Assembly: GCA_016182185.1 (NCBI GenBank)
Contig: JACOXU010000003.1
Location: forward strand, 1 to 55,973
Reading direction: 5' to 3'
Source: Candidatus Levyibacteriota bacterium
GTDB lineage: Bacteria > Patescibacteriota > Microgenomatia > Levybacterales > UBA12049
Length of the DNA stretch: 55,973 nt
Of the stretch, positions 31,651 to 41,178 are shown piece by piece. The first letter of the stretch is position 1; each line of letters opens with the position of its first letter. The notes below the pieces were generated by a model, which was not told where the DNA came from, searched no databases, and saw nothing but the letters and a program-made list of their open reading frames with translations. The position numbers were made by a program, and so were the translations under genes.

Positions 31651-32604
31651 TTTTGTTCTTTTCACTCTTATAAGACCTGAGCAAGGTATCGTTTTTACTT
31701 TTCTCTTCTCAAGCTGATCAAGAAAGATATTTGCGCCGATTGAATCAGATGCCATGTGCCCCGTGTTGATCACATTGATATGAAGTTTTTTGACTTCCTG
31801 CAAAGCCTCCTCAGGTATGTGCATATCAATAATTGTTCCAATTCCAGCCTTTGCCATTTCCATATAAAGCTCTTTTGATGGATTTGTTCCACCCGTAAAT
31901 GAAATGAAGATCTTGCCTGCTCTTGATCGTTCGGATCCTGACAAAATCATAGGACCTGCTTTTCCCCGTCTTGCCTCAATAAACTCTGGAATTTTATTTA
32001 TTTCATCAATTATTTCTCCCACGGTATCAAATTTTTTCTTTGAAAGATAATCTTTCATAAATTTATGTCCGAGATTGTCCCAAATGGTATGAAGAGCAAG
32101 AAAAGGAATATCCAAAAGCCTTGCCGCATCTACATCCTGCCCATGGTTTCGAGGGTCAATTCTTCTTCTTACTGCGTTTTTTCGTTCTTCAAACAGAGCA
32201 TGCGCAACATTTGGAGCAATTCCTGCTTCTTCAAACATATCAACCTGAATATCCATTACCTCATGAAGACTTGCTAAGGCATGGCCTGTAGGATGATGAG
32301 AAATAAGAAGATCTATGCCCCGACCTTTCTGATTAAGTCTGTCCAAAAGTAAAAGATCGGCAACTCCGGCATCAATTCCGACCATAAGAGTATCCACCCT
32401 TATCTTTGAACCTCCATAGAGAATTCTTGAATCAGAATATGGGTTTTTCAAAGATTCTTTGTCGAAAAATTCTTTCTTCTTAAGAGAAAGTTCTTCGTAA
32501 TCTTTTTTGGTACGTGCCAAAAATTTCCTCACCCCTGCTTCACCTCTTGGATCTGCTTTAATCCCCATTTCAACTGCCAAATCGTAAATTTCTTGAAGTG
32601 TCAT
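31648..32604 (-). CDS. NIF3 (NGG1p-interacting factor)-like metal-binding protein
   Basis: NPYSDSRIL, VGID, ISHHP, HTIWDN, MHI, GHMASDSIG. Confidence 0.85.
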   Translation of the reverse strand: MTLQEIYDLAVEMGIKADPRGEAGVRKFLARTKKDYEELSLKKKEFFDKESLKNPYSDSRILYGGSKIRVDTLMVGIDAGVADLLLLDRLNQKGRGIDLLISHHPTGHALASLHEVMDIQVDMFEEAGIAPNVAHALFEERKNAVRRRIDPRNHGQDVDAARLLDIPFLALHTIWDNLGHKFMKDYLSKKKFDTVGEIIDEINKIPEFIEARRGKAGPMILSGSERSRAGKIFISFTGGTNPSKELYMEMAKAGIGTIIDMHIPEEALQEVKKLHINVINTGHMASDSIGANIFLDQLEKRKVKTIPCSGLIRVKRTK

Positions 32605-32653
32605 AAAGGACAGTATATAATATGAAGGCTAAAAGGTCAATTATTCTAGCCTG

Positions 32654-32736
32654 GGGCAAGTGGCGGAATGGTATACGCGGTAGTCTCAAAAACTACTAGC
32701 CGCAAGGCTGTGTGGGTTCGACTCCCTCCTTGCCCA
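32654..32736 (+). tRNA. tRNA-Leu(CAA)
   Basis: Acceptor stem GGGCAAG/CTTGCCC, anticodon arm GTAGT-CTCAAAA-ACTAC, long variable arm, GGTTCGACT; CCA not encoded. Confidence 0.95.
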
Positions 32737-32802
32737 CAAGTTTTCTCCGGGTATTCAATTTATATCAAATTTTTGGTAGAATAATTGTTGCTGCAGTTCT
32801 TC

Positions 32803-33360
32803 ATGGATCAGATAAAAAAATTCATCAGAAAATTTAAAGTCGGCAAGCATCATCTAGACTGGGTTGCTGGTCTTCTTTCAATTCCTGTGCTTTTGACAGT
32901 CATAATTCTTAACTTAAACAATTTAAATTCTCAGAAAAAAAACTCCAATAATTCCTCTGAAAATAAACCTACTGAAAAGGTTATTGTTGTTCCCGAAACT
33001 AAAGATAAGCAACAAACACTACCCACAACAACTACACTGGCTTGCAAAAAAGAGATTGGACCAATATCAATAACATCTCCCAAAGAAGGTGAAGCAGTAA
33101 AAAACAATCCGGTCTGCATTAATATAAATTATGACAGTCAAAATTATTGCTCAGTTGTTTGGTCTTATAGAATAAACGAAGGAAACTGGTCTGAATTTTC
33201 AAGTAGCTCCCCTTGTATCTATAATGCCCCAAATGGAGACATAAAATTTGAACTAAGAGTTCAAAGCACAGCTTCGCAAGACCAGCAAAAAACAATCATA
33301 AGAAATTTTAAGTATGAAGGGACTCCTGTTGCCTCACCCTCTGCTGCAGCAAATTATTGA
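32803..33360 (+). CDS. Hypothetical membrane-anchored protein with Cys-containing beta domain
   Basis: N-terminal TM; ISITSPKEG; four Cys. Confidence 0.7.
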   Translation: MDQIKKFIRKFKVGKHHLDWVAGLLSIPVLLTVIILNLNNLNSQKKNSNNSSENKPTEKVIVVPETKDKQQTLPTTTTLACKKEIGPISITSPKEGEAVKNNPVCININYDSQNYCSVVWSYRINEGNWSEFSSSSPCIYNAPNGDIKFELRVQSTASQDQQKTIIRNFKYEGTPVASPSAAANY

Positions 33361-33389
33361 AGAAGTTGATGTTAACATACTATTTGACA

Positions 33390-33423
33390 TAACGAAAAAC
33401 CTTATGATCTAAGGTTTTCGTTA
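33390..33423. terminator. Hairpin between convergent genes (possible bidirectional terminator)
   Basis: AACGAAAA(A)CCTTA-TGATC-TAAGGTTTTCGTT. Confidence 0.55.
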
Positions 33424-33441
33424 ATTCACTTTAAATATTGA

Positions 33442-33678
33442 CTACATTCCGGGTGTCCCCATTCCGCTACCACTTGTTGGGCCAGAAGTTCCGGAATTGT
33501 CTCCTGTAGGCGGTGTCTGATCACTTCCAGGAACTGAACCTGGTGTAGGTGCAGTAGGTTCAGGTGTTGTTGGCTCAGGTACTGCTGGACCAGGTGTTGG
33601 CTCAGGTGTTACCGGACCAGGTGTTGGCTGCTGGTTTTGATCGCCTCCCTGTCCAGGCATTTGTCCTTGATTATCCAT
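33442..33678 (-). CDS. Small Pro/Thr/Gly-rich disordered protein
   Basis: PEPTPGP repeats; strong SD AAGGAGGTGA inside the dnaB 3' end; TAATG coupling. Confidence 0.7.
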   Translation of the reverse strand: MDNQGQMPGQGGDQNQQPTPGPVTPEPTPGPAVPEPTTPEPTAPTPGSVPGSDQTPPTGDNSGTSGPTSGSGMGTPGM

Positions 33679-35006
33679 TAACTATCACCTCCTTCCCTTT
33701 TTCTCTCCACATTATAAAATCTTATCCTATCGCCGCGAAAAAGTAAATCTATCTCTCCAGTTGGTCCATTTCTATGCTTGGCAACCAAAAGCTTTGTCGG
33801 CATAACGTTTCCTACAGCTTCTTCTGCTCTATACAAAAACATTACAACATCTGCATCTTGTTCAATCGCGCCTGATTCACGAAGGTCTGCGAGTTGAGGC
33901 CTCTTCTCGCCTCTGTGCTCGACTGCTCGCGATAATTGTGATACAGCGACAACCGGAATCTTAAGTTCTCTCGCCAAATTCTTCAAAGACTGAGAAACTA
34001 CTGAAACCTCTTGAACTCTATTATCATAGTGCTTTCCCGGATTGACAAGCTGTAAATAATCTACGATAAATAAGGCGATATTATGCTCAAGCTGAAGCCT
34101 CCTTGCTCTGGTTCTTATCTCAGCAACCGATATTCCAGGTGTATCATCGATATAAATCGGAGCATCAGCCAAAAGGCCCATTGCTTCTGATAATTTTGCA
34201 AAGTCAGTTTCTGAGAGCTTACCAGTCTTGAGTCTCCAGGCGTCAACATCTGCCTGACCGACCAAAAGTCGGTCAACAATTTCCTCTTGACTCATTTCAA
34301 GAGAAAATATTCCAACTGGAGTTTTTTCATTTACCGAAACGTACTGGGCAATATTTGCAATCATTGCGGTTTTACCCTGTCCCGGCCGAGCAGCTAAGAT
34401 CAGTAAATTTGAAGGCTGCATTCCTGACAAAATACTATCCAAGTCCGTGAATCCCGTTTTTATTCCCCGAAGTCCGGCTCCCTTTTTATGCAGTTCATCT
34501 ATCCGATCAAAGCTCTCGGCAAGCATTTCTTTAAGAGGAATAAAGCCTGTTACTCCATGCCCCTGCGAGATGGAAAAGATGGACGATTCTACCTTATCAA
34601 GCAATTCATCGGCGTTTTTTTCATCCATAAAACCCATTTCTGTAATTTGTCCGCCCAAGGAGATTAGAGATCTTTTGATCGAATCTTCTTTTATAATCTG
34701 CGCGTAGTGCTCGATATTAGCCGCAGTAGGAACCACATTTACCAGATCTGAAAGATATGAAAAATCAACTTTATCGAAAACCTTATTTTTTTTAAGTTTT
34801 CTGGGCAAAGTCAAAATATCAATAGGTTTTCTTTCCTCGTACAGAGACAGCATTGCGTCAAAGATAATTCCATTGATGTTATTATAAAAATCTGAAACTT
34901 TTATAACTTGGGATGCAATACTTATAGCATTTGAGTCTATAAGAATTGCCCCCAGAACACTTTGTTCTGCTTCTTCATTATGAGGGGGAACTTTAATGTT
35001 TGCCAT
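33678..35006 (-). CDS. dnaB: Replicative DNA helicase
   Basis: PPHNEEAEQSVLG, ARPGQGKT, FSLEMS, DYLQL, DLRESGAIEQDAD. Confidence 0.97.
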   Translation of the reverse strand: MANIKVPPHNEEAEQSVLGAILIDSNAISIASQVIKVSDFYNNINGIIFDAMLSLYEERKPIDILTLPRKLKKNKVFDKVDFSYLSDLVNVVPTAANIEHYAQIIKEDSIKRSLISLGGQITEMGFMDEKNADELLDKVESSIFSISQGHGVTGFIPLKEMLAESFDRIDELHKKGAGLRGIKTGFTDLDSILSGMQPSNLLILAARPGQGKTAMIANIAQYVSVNEKTPVGIFSLEMSQEEIVDRLLVGQADVDAWRLKTGKLSETDFAKLSEAMGLLADAPIYIDDTPGISVAEIRTRARRLQLEHNIALFIVDYLQLVNPGKHYDNRVQEVSVVSQSLKNLARELKIPVVAVSQLSRAVEHRGEKRPQLADLRESGAIEQDADVVMFLYRAEEAVGNVMPTKLLVAKHRNGPTGEIDLLFRGDRIRFYNVERKREGGDS

Positions 35007-35009
35007 AAA

Positions 35010-35116
35010 ATAATAAAAATCAAACCCCAGTAATCAAATCTCAAATTCCCTTTTTGATATTAGAATTTTAAAAATTACAATTTATTTGGAATTTGTAATT
35101 TGGGTTTTGGTATTTT
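35010..35116. repeat. Bipartite heptamer-repeat element (CAAAT/TTTGG type)
   Basis: ATTTATTTGGAATTTGTAATTT at 35080-35101 is identical to 41133-41154. Confidence 0.8.
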
Positions 35117-35645
35117 ACCCCAGTATTACTACCTGTAATTCTGTTGGCAATTTTTCTCGGACTACAGAGAATTTTTTTAGACTTTCGCTCTCTGTCTTTC
35201 CTAAGGTTTTTATATTTTCTTTACTTGCTCCTTCACCATATAGTATTAATAAATTTGCCTCAAAAGAGGTAATTAAAGACTGGTTTATCTCCGAATCGAC
35301 ATTTAAAATTAGTATCTGATAATCTTGGCTTTCCTGGAGACTTTTATCAAGAGCGCTGATTTTCCCTAGTAAAATATTGATGTTGTCAAAATGGAAACTA
35401 TAAACGTACTTGCCGTCTGATTTCTGACCGTGAATTTTTATTCCGCCGACTTCATATTCCCCTTGACCTTCAAGAACCACACGATGCTCATCAACTCTTG
35501 AAGCATCATATCCTTCCTTAAAACTCTCAAGGAAAATTACGGCATCGGCGTTTGTTTTGGGTGTCTTCACATGTGGATCCACTACCAAACTTGCATTTTT
35601 TCCCTTTACTTTTATTGAATTTTTATCAAGAAGTACTACATCCAT
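35115..35645 (-). CDS. Degenerate metallo-beta-lactamase-fold protein
   Basis: LVVDP, ADAVI, GEYEVGGIKI; HxHxDH motif absent. Confidence 0.65.
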   Translation of the reverse strand: MDVVLLDKNSIKVKGKNASLVVDPHVKTPKTNADAVIFLESFKEGYDASRVDEHRVVLEGQGEYEVGGIKIHGQKSDGKYVYSFHFDNINILLGKISALDKSLQESQDYQILILNVDSEINQSLITSFEANLLILYGEGASKENIKTLGKTESESLKKFSVVREKLPTELQVVILG

Positions 35646-35717
35646 CAACTCATCCTATCACAGGATATTTTTCTTGACAAGTAGATTTTTTTGTCTTATT
35701 ATTCGCAAGACACTTAT

Positions 35718-36143
35718 ATGAAAAAAGAGCGCATATTACTTTCTTTTATTGCAACTCTCATAGGAATTTTGGTAACGGCAATTGCATTTTACTTCTATCA
35801 ATCGACCAAAACAACTCCAGCATCGAAAGGAAAAACTATAACCATTGCGACTCCGACCCCTACTCCCAAACCCTCCATTTTTCTTAACATATTAAAACCA
35901 GATGATGAGTCAGTTGTAAGCAAAAAAGTTATAACGGTGTCTGGTAACACAGCTGCTGATGCAACTGTTATAATTCTTACTCCGATAGACGAGGTATTAG
36001 CAATTCCTACATCAAATGGCGATTTTTCAACCACTGTTGATATAGACGATGATCAAAACATAATTGAGATTACCGCCATAAGACCAAACGGTGAAGAAGC
36101 AAAAGTTCAAAAAAATGTGACGTATTCGCTCGAGGAATTTTGA
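35718..36143 (+). CDS. Membrane-anchored Ig-like domain protein
   Basis: TM, PT linker, ITVSGNT...NGDFS...NIIEITA. Confidence 0.7.
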   Translation: MKKERILLSFIATLIGILVTAIAFYFYQSTKTTPASKGKTITIATPTPTPKPSIFLNILKPDDESVVSKKVITVSGNTAADATVIILTPIDEVLAIPTSNGDFSTTVDIDDDQNIIEITAIRPNGEEAKVQKNVTYSLEEF

Positions 36144-36877
36144 TGAACAAATATATATTTTCAATACTATTATTATTAAGTTTATTTCTTTTAACAAGCG
36201 TAAGCTTTGCAGTGACCAATACCCCGACCCCAAAGGAAGAAAAAGAAGGAATTGAAAAACAAATAAATGACCTGACTGAGAAAATAGCATCAAGAGTTGC
36301 CCAGCTTAAATTAGTTGAAAAAAGAGGCCTGATTGGGAAAGTTACTGATGTTTCAAGCACACAAATCACCATCTCAGATATTCACAACAATACTCGTTTT
36401 GTTGACGTTGATGAATTAACCAAATTCTCATCCCCCAACACTAAATCATCTTTTGGAATTTCAGACATAGAAAAAGATTCAACAATCGGAATTCTTGGAC
36501 TTTACAATAAGGAGTCGCGCCGCATTATGGCAAGATTTGTTACGGTTCTTAATCATCCTCGTTATATACACGGAACTATTTCATCGATTGACGAGGACAA
36601 TTTTCAGGTTGCAATTAAAACAAAGGAGAATGATGAATTAAATATCGATGTCGGAACTACTACGATCACTTCTTCGGTAACTAGTTCTTTAAAACTTACC
36701 AAATCGGGCTTCTCAAAGCTGAATGTTGGCGACTATATAATAGTAGTAGGATTTGAGGATAAAAAGGATAAGAATTTAATTATTGCCTCAAAAATTATTG
36801 CTTTTCCGGATCTTAATATGTCTTCTGAAGAATCATCAGAAGAAACCCCAATCCCCACCAAGACAAATGAAAGATAG
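36143..36877 (+). CDS. Secreted protein with tandem OB-like (DUF5666-like) repeats
   Basis: Signal peptide; two GxV/I...TxF...G repeats. Confidence 0.65.
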   Translation: MNKYIFSILLLLSLFLLTSVSFAVTNTPTPKEEKEGIEKQINDLTEKIASRVAQLKLVEKRGLIGKVTDVSSTQITISDIHNNTRFVDVDELTKFSSPNTKSSFGISDIEKDSTIGILGLYNKESRRIMARFVTVLNHPRYIHGTISSIDEDNFQVAIKTKENDELNIDVGTTTITSSVTSSLKLTKSGFSKLNVGDYIIVVGFEDKKDKNLIIASKIIAFPDLNMSSEESSEETPIPTKTNER

Positions 36878-37946
36878 ACTTGACCGCCTAAAATCTATAA
36901 TTACAAAAAATAATCTCGACGCCATTGTGATATCTTCGGTTCCTAATATTATTTATTTAACGGGTTACTCCGGGTTTTCCTATTTTGAAAGAGAAGCTTT
37001 CCTAATCATTACAAGCAGGGAAAATTTTCTTTTGACTGATGGCAGATACTCAGAAGCAGTCTCTAAAGTTCCAGGTTTTAACTTATTGGAAATTTCAAAT
37101 TCAAATTCACTTGATGATGTTCTAAAGATACTTTCAAAAAAGATAAAAAGAATTGGACTCGAAGAGGATGATGTAACTCTCTCTGAAGGCAAGAGATTTA
37201 AAAAATATTTTAAACTCCATCCTGCAAAAGATTTGGTAAGCTTAAGGACTGTCAAAAGCGAAGATGAAATTAAAAAAATTAAAATTGCCTGTAGAATTGG
37301 CGATGAAACTTTCTCTTTTATTCTTGGCAAAATAAAACAAGGAATCTCAGAGAAAGAAGTTGCACATCAGGTTGAAATGTTTGTCAAAGAAAAAGGCGCT
37401 GATCTTTCTTTCCCGTCGATAGTTGCATTCGGAAAAAATTCTTCCATCCCTCATTATCAAACAGGTAACGAAAAATTAAGAATTAATAACATGGTTCTTT
37501 TGGATTTCGGCGTAAGAGTTGATAACTATTGTTCCGACATGACGCGAACTATCTTTTTCGGCAAAGCAGATAAAAAAATTAAAGAAATCTATAATACGGT
37601 TTCAACTTCTCAACAATTAACAATTAAACAGTTAAACAATTTACTAATTGATAAAAAAACGTTTGAAGCTTCCTTTATAGACAGCATTGCTAGAAATCAT
37701 ATTGTCAAACAAGGATTCCCTACTATTCCCCACTCTCTCGGGCACGGCGTAGGAATTGAAGTCCATGAACCTCCCCGTCTTTCTCCGAGATCAAATGAAA
37801 TATTAAAAAATGGTATGGTCTTTTCTATAGAACCCGGCATCTACTTGCCAAATATTGGCGGCGTCCGAATAGAAGATTTAGTTTTTATTCGAGATAATAA
37901 AATAGAACTCCTCACTCACTCCCCAAAAGATCTAATTGAAATTTAA
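36867..37946 (+). CDS. pepP: Xaa-Pro aminopeptidase (M24B)
   Basis: TDGRY, SSIPH, DFG...YCSDMTRT, HSLGHGVG, EPGIY, GVRIED. Confidence 0.92.
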   Translation: MKDRLDRLKSIITKNNLDAIVISSVPNIIYLTGYSGFSYFEREAFLIITSRENFLLTDGRYSEAVSKVPGFNLLEISNSNSLDDVLKILSKKIKRIGLEEDDVTLSEGKRFKKYFKLHPAKDLVSLRTVKSEDEIKKIKIACRIGDETFSFILGKIKQGISEKEVAHQVEMFVKEKGADLSFPSIVAFGKNSSIPHYQTGNEKLRINNMVLLDFGVRVDNYCSDMTRTIFFGKADKKIKEIYNTVSTSQQLTIKQLNNLLIDKKTFEASFIDSIARNHIVKQGFPTIPHSLGHGVGIEVHEPPRLSPRSNEILKNGMVFSIEPGIYLPNIGGVRIEDLVFIRDNKIELLTHSPKDLIEI

Positions 37947-37993
37947 TTAGATAAGATTGACAAATCAACCCTTTTCTTTTAAAATCAGGCCGC

Positions 37994-38818
37994 ATGACGC
38001 ATGAGGCAAAAAGACCGGAAGCACTGCCCCGACACGGATTATCGCAAACAATCCGAAGATATATAGATTCAGATGATTTCTTAAGACACGCAAGAAGCGA
38101 AAACACCAGACACGCATATGAATCAGACTTGGTAAGTTTTGGAGATTACTGTGCTAGTTCGGGATCCGGCTCCATAGAAACCCTTTCGAATAAACGCATA
38201 GACAATTGGTTCGAGACAATGAGTCAAAGCGGATTTTCTGAGGCAACTTTGAACAGAAAAAAATCAAGCCTATTAGGTTTTCTACACTGGGCGGCCGAAA
38301 GAAATTTATTTGATACGAGTCTATTAAGAAAACCTCTTTCCAATTGGTTGGAAATTATCAAAAGTAAACCCAGTAATGGATTGACCGGTGAGCAGCTAAC
38401 AATATTACTTAATGCTGCTGGGGACCAGCCAAGCTTAAGAGATGCCGTATTTATCCAAATAGCCTTACAGACGGGAGTAATGCTTGAGCAGATTGTAGAT
38501 CTAGATCGCCGTGATATTGTCATCCAAGAAAACGGACAGATGGGAATTAGGCTTTATAATAGAAAAGATGATGATTATGACATTAAACCACTCGATGAAG
38601 AGGCAAAAAATGTGGTACTTGGATATCTTACCAATGAAAATACTGATCCTGACAATCCTCTATTTCCGGGCTGGAGACACAACGAAAGGATAACAAGACA
38701 AGGACTCTGGCTTATTCTAAAAAAATATAGAGCTATAATAGGTGTCCGTAATTTAACGCCCACCACACTTCGCAACACATATTTCGACCATCAACGAGAG
38801 AAGAAATCAGAATTTTAA
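37994..38818 (+). CDS. Degenerate XerD-like tyrosine recombinase (predicted inactive)
   Basis: SENTRHAYESDL, LRDA, TRQGLWLILK retained; TGVM replaces TGxR, TTLRN replaces HxLRH; no LGH or Tyr segment. Confidence 0.8.
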   Translation: MTHEAKRPEALPRHGLSQTIRRYIDSDDFLRHARSENTRHAYESDLVSFGDYCASSGSGSIETLSNKRIDNWFETMSQSGFSEATLNRKKSSLLGFLHWAAERNLFDTSLLRKPLSNWLEIIKSKPSNGLTGEQLTILLNAAGDQPSLRDAVFIQIALQTGVMLEQIVDLDRRDIVIQENGQMGIRLYNRKDDDYDIKPLDEEAKNVVLGYLTNENTDPDNPLFPGWRHNERITRQGLWLILKKYRAIIGVRNLTPTTLRNTYFDHQREKKSEF

Positions 38819-38860
38819 ACCCTACTTCCTCAAATTAACCTCTTAAGCTATAATATAAGA

Positions 38861-40045
38861 ATGAATATTAAACCTAAGACGCTTAAAGGGTTTCGGGATT
38901 TTTTGCCCAAAGAAACCCGAAAAAGACAATTCGTTATAAACACCATAAAATCGGTGTTTGAGTCTTATGGCTTTGAGCCGCTTGAGACACCGGCTCTTGA
39001 GTTCTCGGATTTTTTGAAAGGAAAATATGGAGAGGAAGAAAAACTAATCTATGAATTTGAAACAAAAGGAAAAGACAAGGTTGCCCTAAGATATGATCAG
39101 ACGGTTCCCCTCTCCCGTGTGATAATTCAATATCAAAATGAACTCGTTTTTCCCTTTAAACGTTATCAAATTCAAAATGTTTGGAGAGGTGAAAATCCGC
39201 AAAAAGGAAGATACAGGGAATTTCTTCAATGTGATGCAGATATAGTCGGCTCTTCCTCTCCCCTTTCCGATGCAGAAATTTTAAAACTTGTTTTGGATAT
39301 TTATAAAAAGTTAGGACTTGATGTGACTATAAAAATAAATGACAGGGAAAATTTTAAAGATCTTGATAGAAAATATATTTCGGCCATCGATAAACTTGAA
39401 AAAATTGGTGAAAGCGCGGTCTTGTCCGAGATGATTGACAAGGGAATGACTGATGATGATGCGAAAATTGCGCTAAAAAACCTACAGGAAAAACCGCAAA
39501 CGCAAAATATCAAAGATATTTATTCAGAACTTAAGTTGTTAGAAGCTGATCTTAATAAGATTATTTACGAACCGACACTCGCCCGAGGCCTAGATTACTA
39601 TACTGGAATGATTTTTGAAACCTTAACTGAGGGATACTCCGGATCTCTTTGCTCAGGCGGCCGTTACGATAAATTAATCGGAAAATTCTCAGGAGTTGAA
39701 ATGCCTGCGGTCGGATTTGGTCTTGGATTTGACAGAACTCTTGAAATCCTTGAAGAAAAAAATCTTATCAACATTCCTTTTTCATCTGTTCGATTATTGG
39801 TTATTCTAAACAATAACACAAAAGACAAATCGCTTGAAGTTTATCAAAAATTAAGAAATGCAAATATTAGTGCAGAACTTTATCTTGAGGAAAATGCAGC
39901 TTTGGAAAAACAACTCAAATACGCAGATCGGAAAAATATACCCTATGTATTGATTGTTAAAGAGAATGTTCTTGAGTTAAAAGATATGAGTAAACGAGAA
40001 CAGAAAAGCTTAACTATAGAGGAGATTCTGAAGACGCTCCAGTAA
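38861..40045 (+). CDS. hisS: Histidyl-tRNA synthetase
   Basis: KGFRDF, LRYDQT, GRYREFLQCD, RGLDYYTG, GGRYD. Confidence 0.97.
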   Translation: MNIKPKTLKGFRDFLPKETRKRQFVINTIKSVFESYGFEPLETPALEFSDFLKGKYGEEEKLIYEFETKGKDKVALRYDQTVPLSRVIIQYQNELVFPFKRYQIQNVWRGENPQKGRYREFLQCDADIVGSSSPLSDAEILKLVLDIYKKLGLDVTIKINDRENFKDLDRKYISAIDKLEKIGESAVLSEMIDKGMTDDDAKIALKNLQEKPQTQNIKDIYSELKLLEADLNKIIYEPTLARGLDYYTGMIFETLTEGYSGSLCSGGRYDKLIGKFSGVEMPAVGFGLGFDRTLEILEEKNLINIPFSSVRLLVILNNNTKDKSLEVYQKLRNANISAELYLEENAALEKQLKYADRKNIPYVLIVKENVLELKDMSKREQKSLTIEEILKTLQ

Positions 40046-40046
40046 C

Positions 40047-40709
40047 TTATTTTCTTTCTTTTTTACTGCTTGAGGCTGTAATACTTCTTGATATCTCCCT
40101 TCTAAGCGCCTCGTTCGGCGAATCAACAATTATTCCACCCTGCTGACCTGATACAACCGGTTCTCTCCAGCGTCCATCTTCATCTTCTCTGAAATAACCG
40201 ATTTCATCCCTCTTCACACCCACAGGATCCTCTACGAAATTTTCTCCGATAAAATCTTTTTCTTTTTCAAGACTCGCGTCTGAAAGATAGGATGGTAAAG
40301 AGCTCTCAATTTCCATCAATCGACTCAGGACGGCTGGCTCTCCCTTTTTTGCGTTTCTAATTCCGGTCAAAAATACCTCAAGCCTCAGTCGATCAGAGAA
40401 TCTTGCAGAGAGAAACCTTCCGTGCTTTTCATAAAGTGCTACCATATTATCCCAATCCCAAAGGCTTTCACTTAATAGTTCTTCAGCTATTATTTTTCGT
40501 GTAATTTCTATGCCTCTCTTTCCGCTCCCCTCAGGGACCCATTTTTTTACAGGAAACTTCAGGATCCCGGATTTTTTTCCCGTATTTCCGCCCAGTTTTT
40601 TTATTGTTTGTTCTATAAAGAGTCCTGAATAATCCGTAATCTCAGCAATTTCATACGCCTCTGCTCCCCTATCAAAAAGTGATCGTATAATTTCTTCAGG
40701 CTTTCTCAT
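40047..40709 (-). CDS. Hypothetical protein, possible N-terminal HTH
   Basis: GAEAYEIAEITDYSGLFIEQTIKK resembles an HTH. Confidence 0.6.
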   Translation of the reverse strand: MRKPEEIIRSLFDRGAEAYEIAEITDYSGLFIEQTIKKLGGNTGKKSGILKFPVKKWVPEGSGKRGIEITRKIIAEELLSESLWDWDNMVALYEKHGRFLSARFSDRLRLEVFLTGIRNAKKGEPAVLSRLMEIESSLPSYLSDASLEKEKDFIGENFVEDPVGVKRDEIGYFREDEDGRWREPVVSGQQGGIIVDSPNEALRREISRSITASSSKKERK

Positions 40710-40756
40710 ATTTAATTCTTGCCTTGAGACTCAAAACAAGCTATAATTATAGCATT

Positions 40757-41056
40757 ATGAAGACAAATGTCCATCCCCAATATTTTGAAAATGCACAGGT
40801 AATATGTGCCTGCGGCAACAGGTTTACTGTGGGCTCGACCAAAGAAATAATTCATATCGAACTTTGCCACAAATGCCATCCTTTCTATACAGGCGAGCAG
40901 CGCTTTGTCGATAGCGCATCGCGTATCCAGAAATTCCAAACCAAGCAAAAGAAAGCGCAGGAGTATGTAGTCAAAAAAGTCAAAAAAGTCGAACAGAAAA
41001 AACAGCACGACAATGCCCCCAAGACTCTCCGGGAAATGCTAATGTCACTTGAATAG
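40757..41056 (+). CDS. rpmE: 50S ribosomal protein L31 (Zn type, C-terminal extension)
   Basis: HPQY, CACG, CHKCHPFYTG. Confidence 0.95.
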   Translation: MKTNVHPQYFENAQVICACGNRFTVGSTKEIIHIELCHKCHPFYTGEQRFVDSASRIQKFQTKQKKAQEYVVKKVKKVEQKKQHDNAPKTLREMLMSLE

Positions 41057-41057
41057 A

Positions 41058-41170
41058 TTAAATTACAAATAATATTTAAATTCTAATAATCGAATTCTAA
41101 ACATTTTTGATATTTGAATTTTGAAAATTGGTATTTATTTGGAATTTGTAATTTTGAATTTTGGAGCTTA
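41058..41170. repeat. Bipartite heptamer-repeat element (CAAAT/TTTGG type)
   Basis: Shares a 22-mer with 35080-35101 and the TTTTTGATATT core. Confidence 0.8.
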
Positions 41171-41178
41171 ATAATATT

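Noticed and set aside
32654..33360. Island integrated at tRNA-Leu
   Set aside because: No duplicated tRNA 3' end noticed and no adjacent integrase
33383..33412. Canonical dif site (TTGACATAA...TTATG)
   Set aside because: Spacer is 9 bp, not 6; better explained as a terminator hairpin
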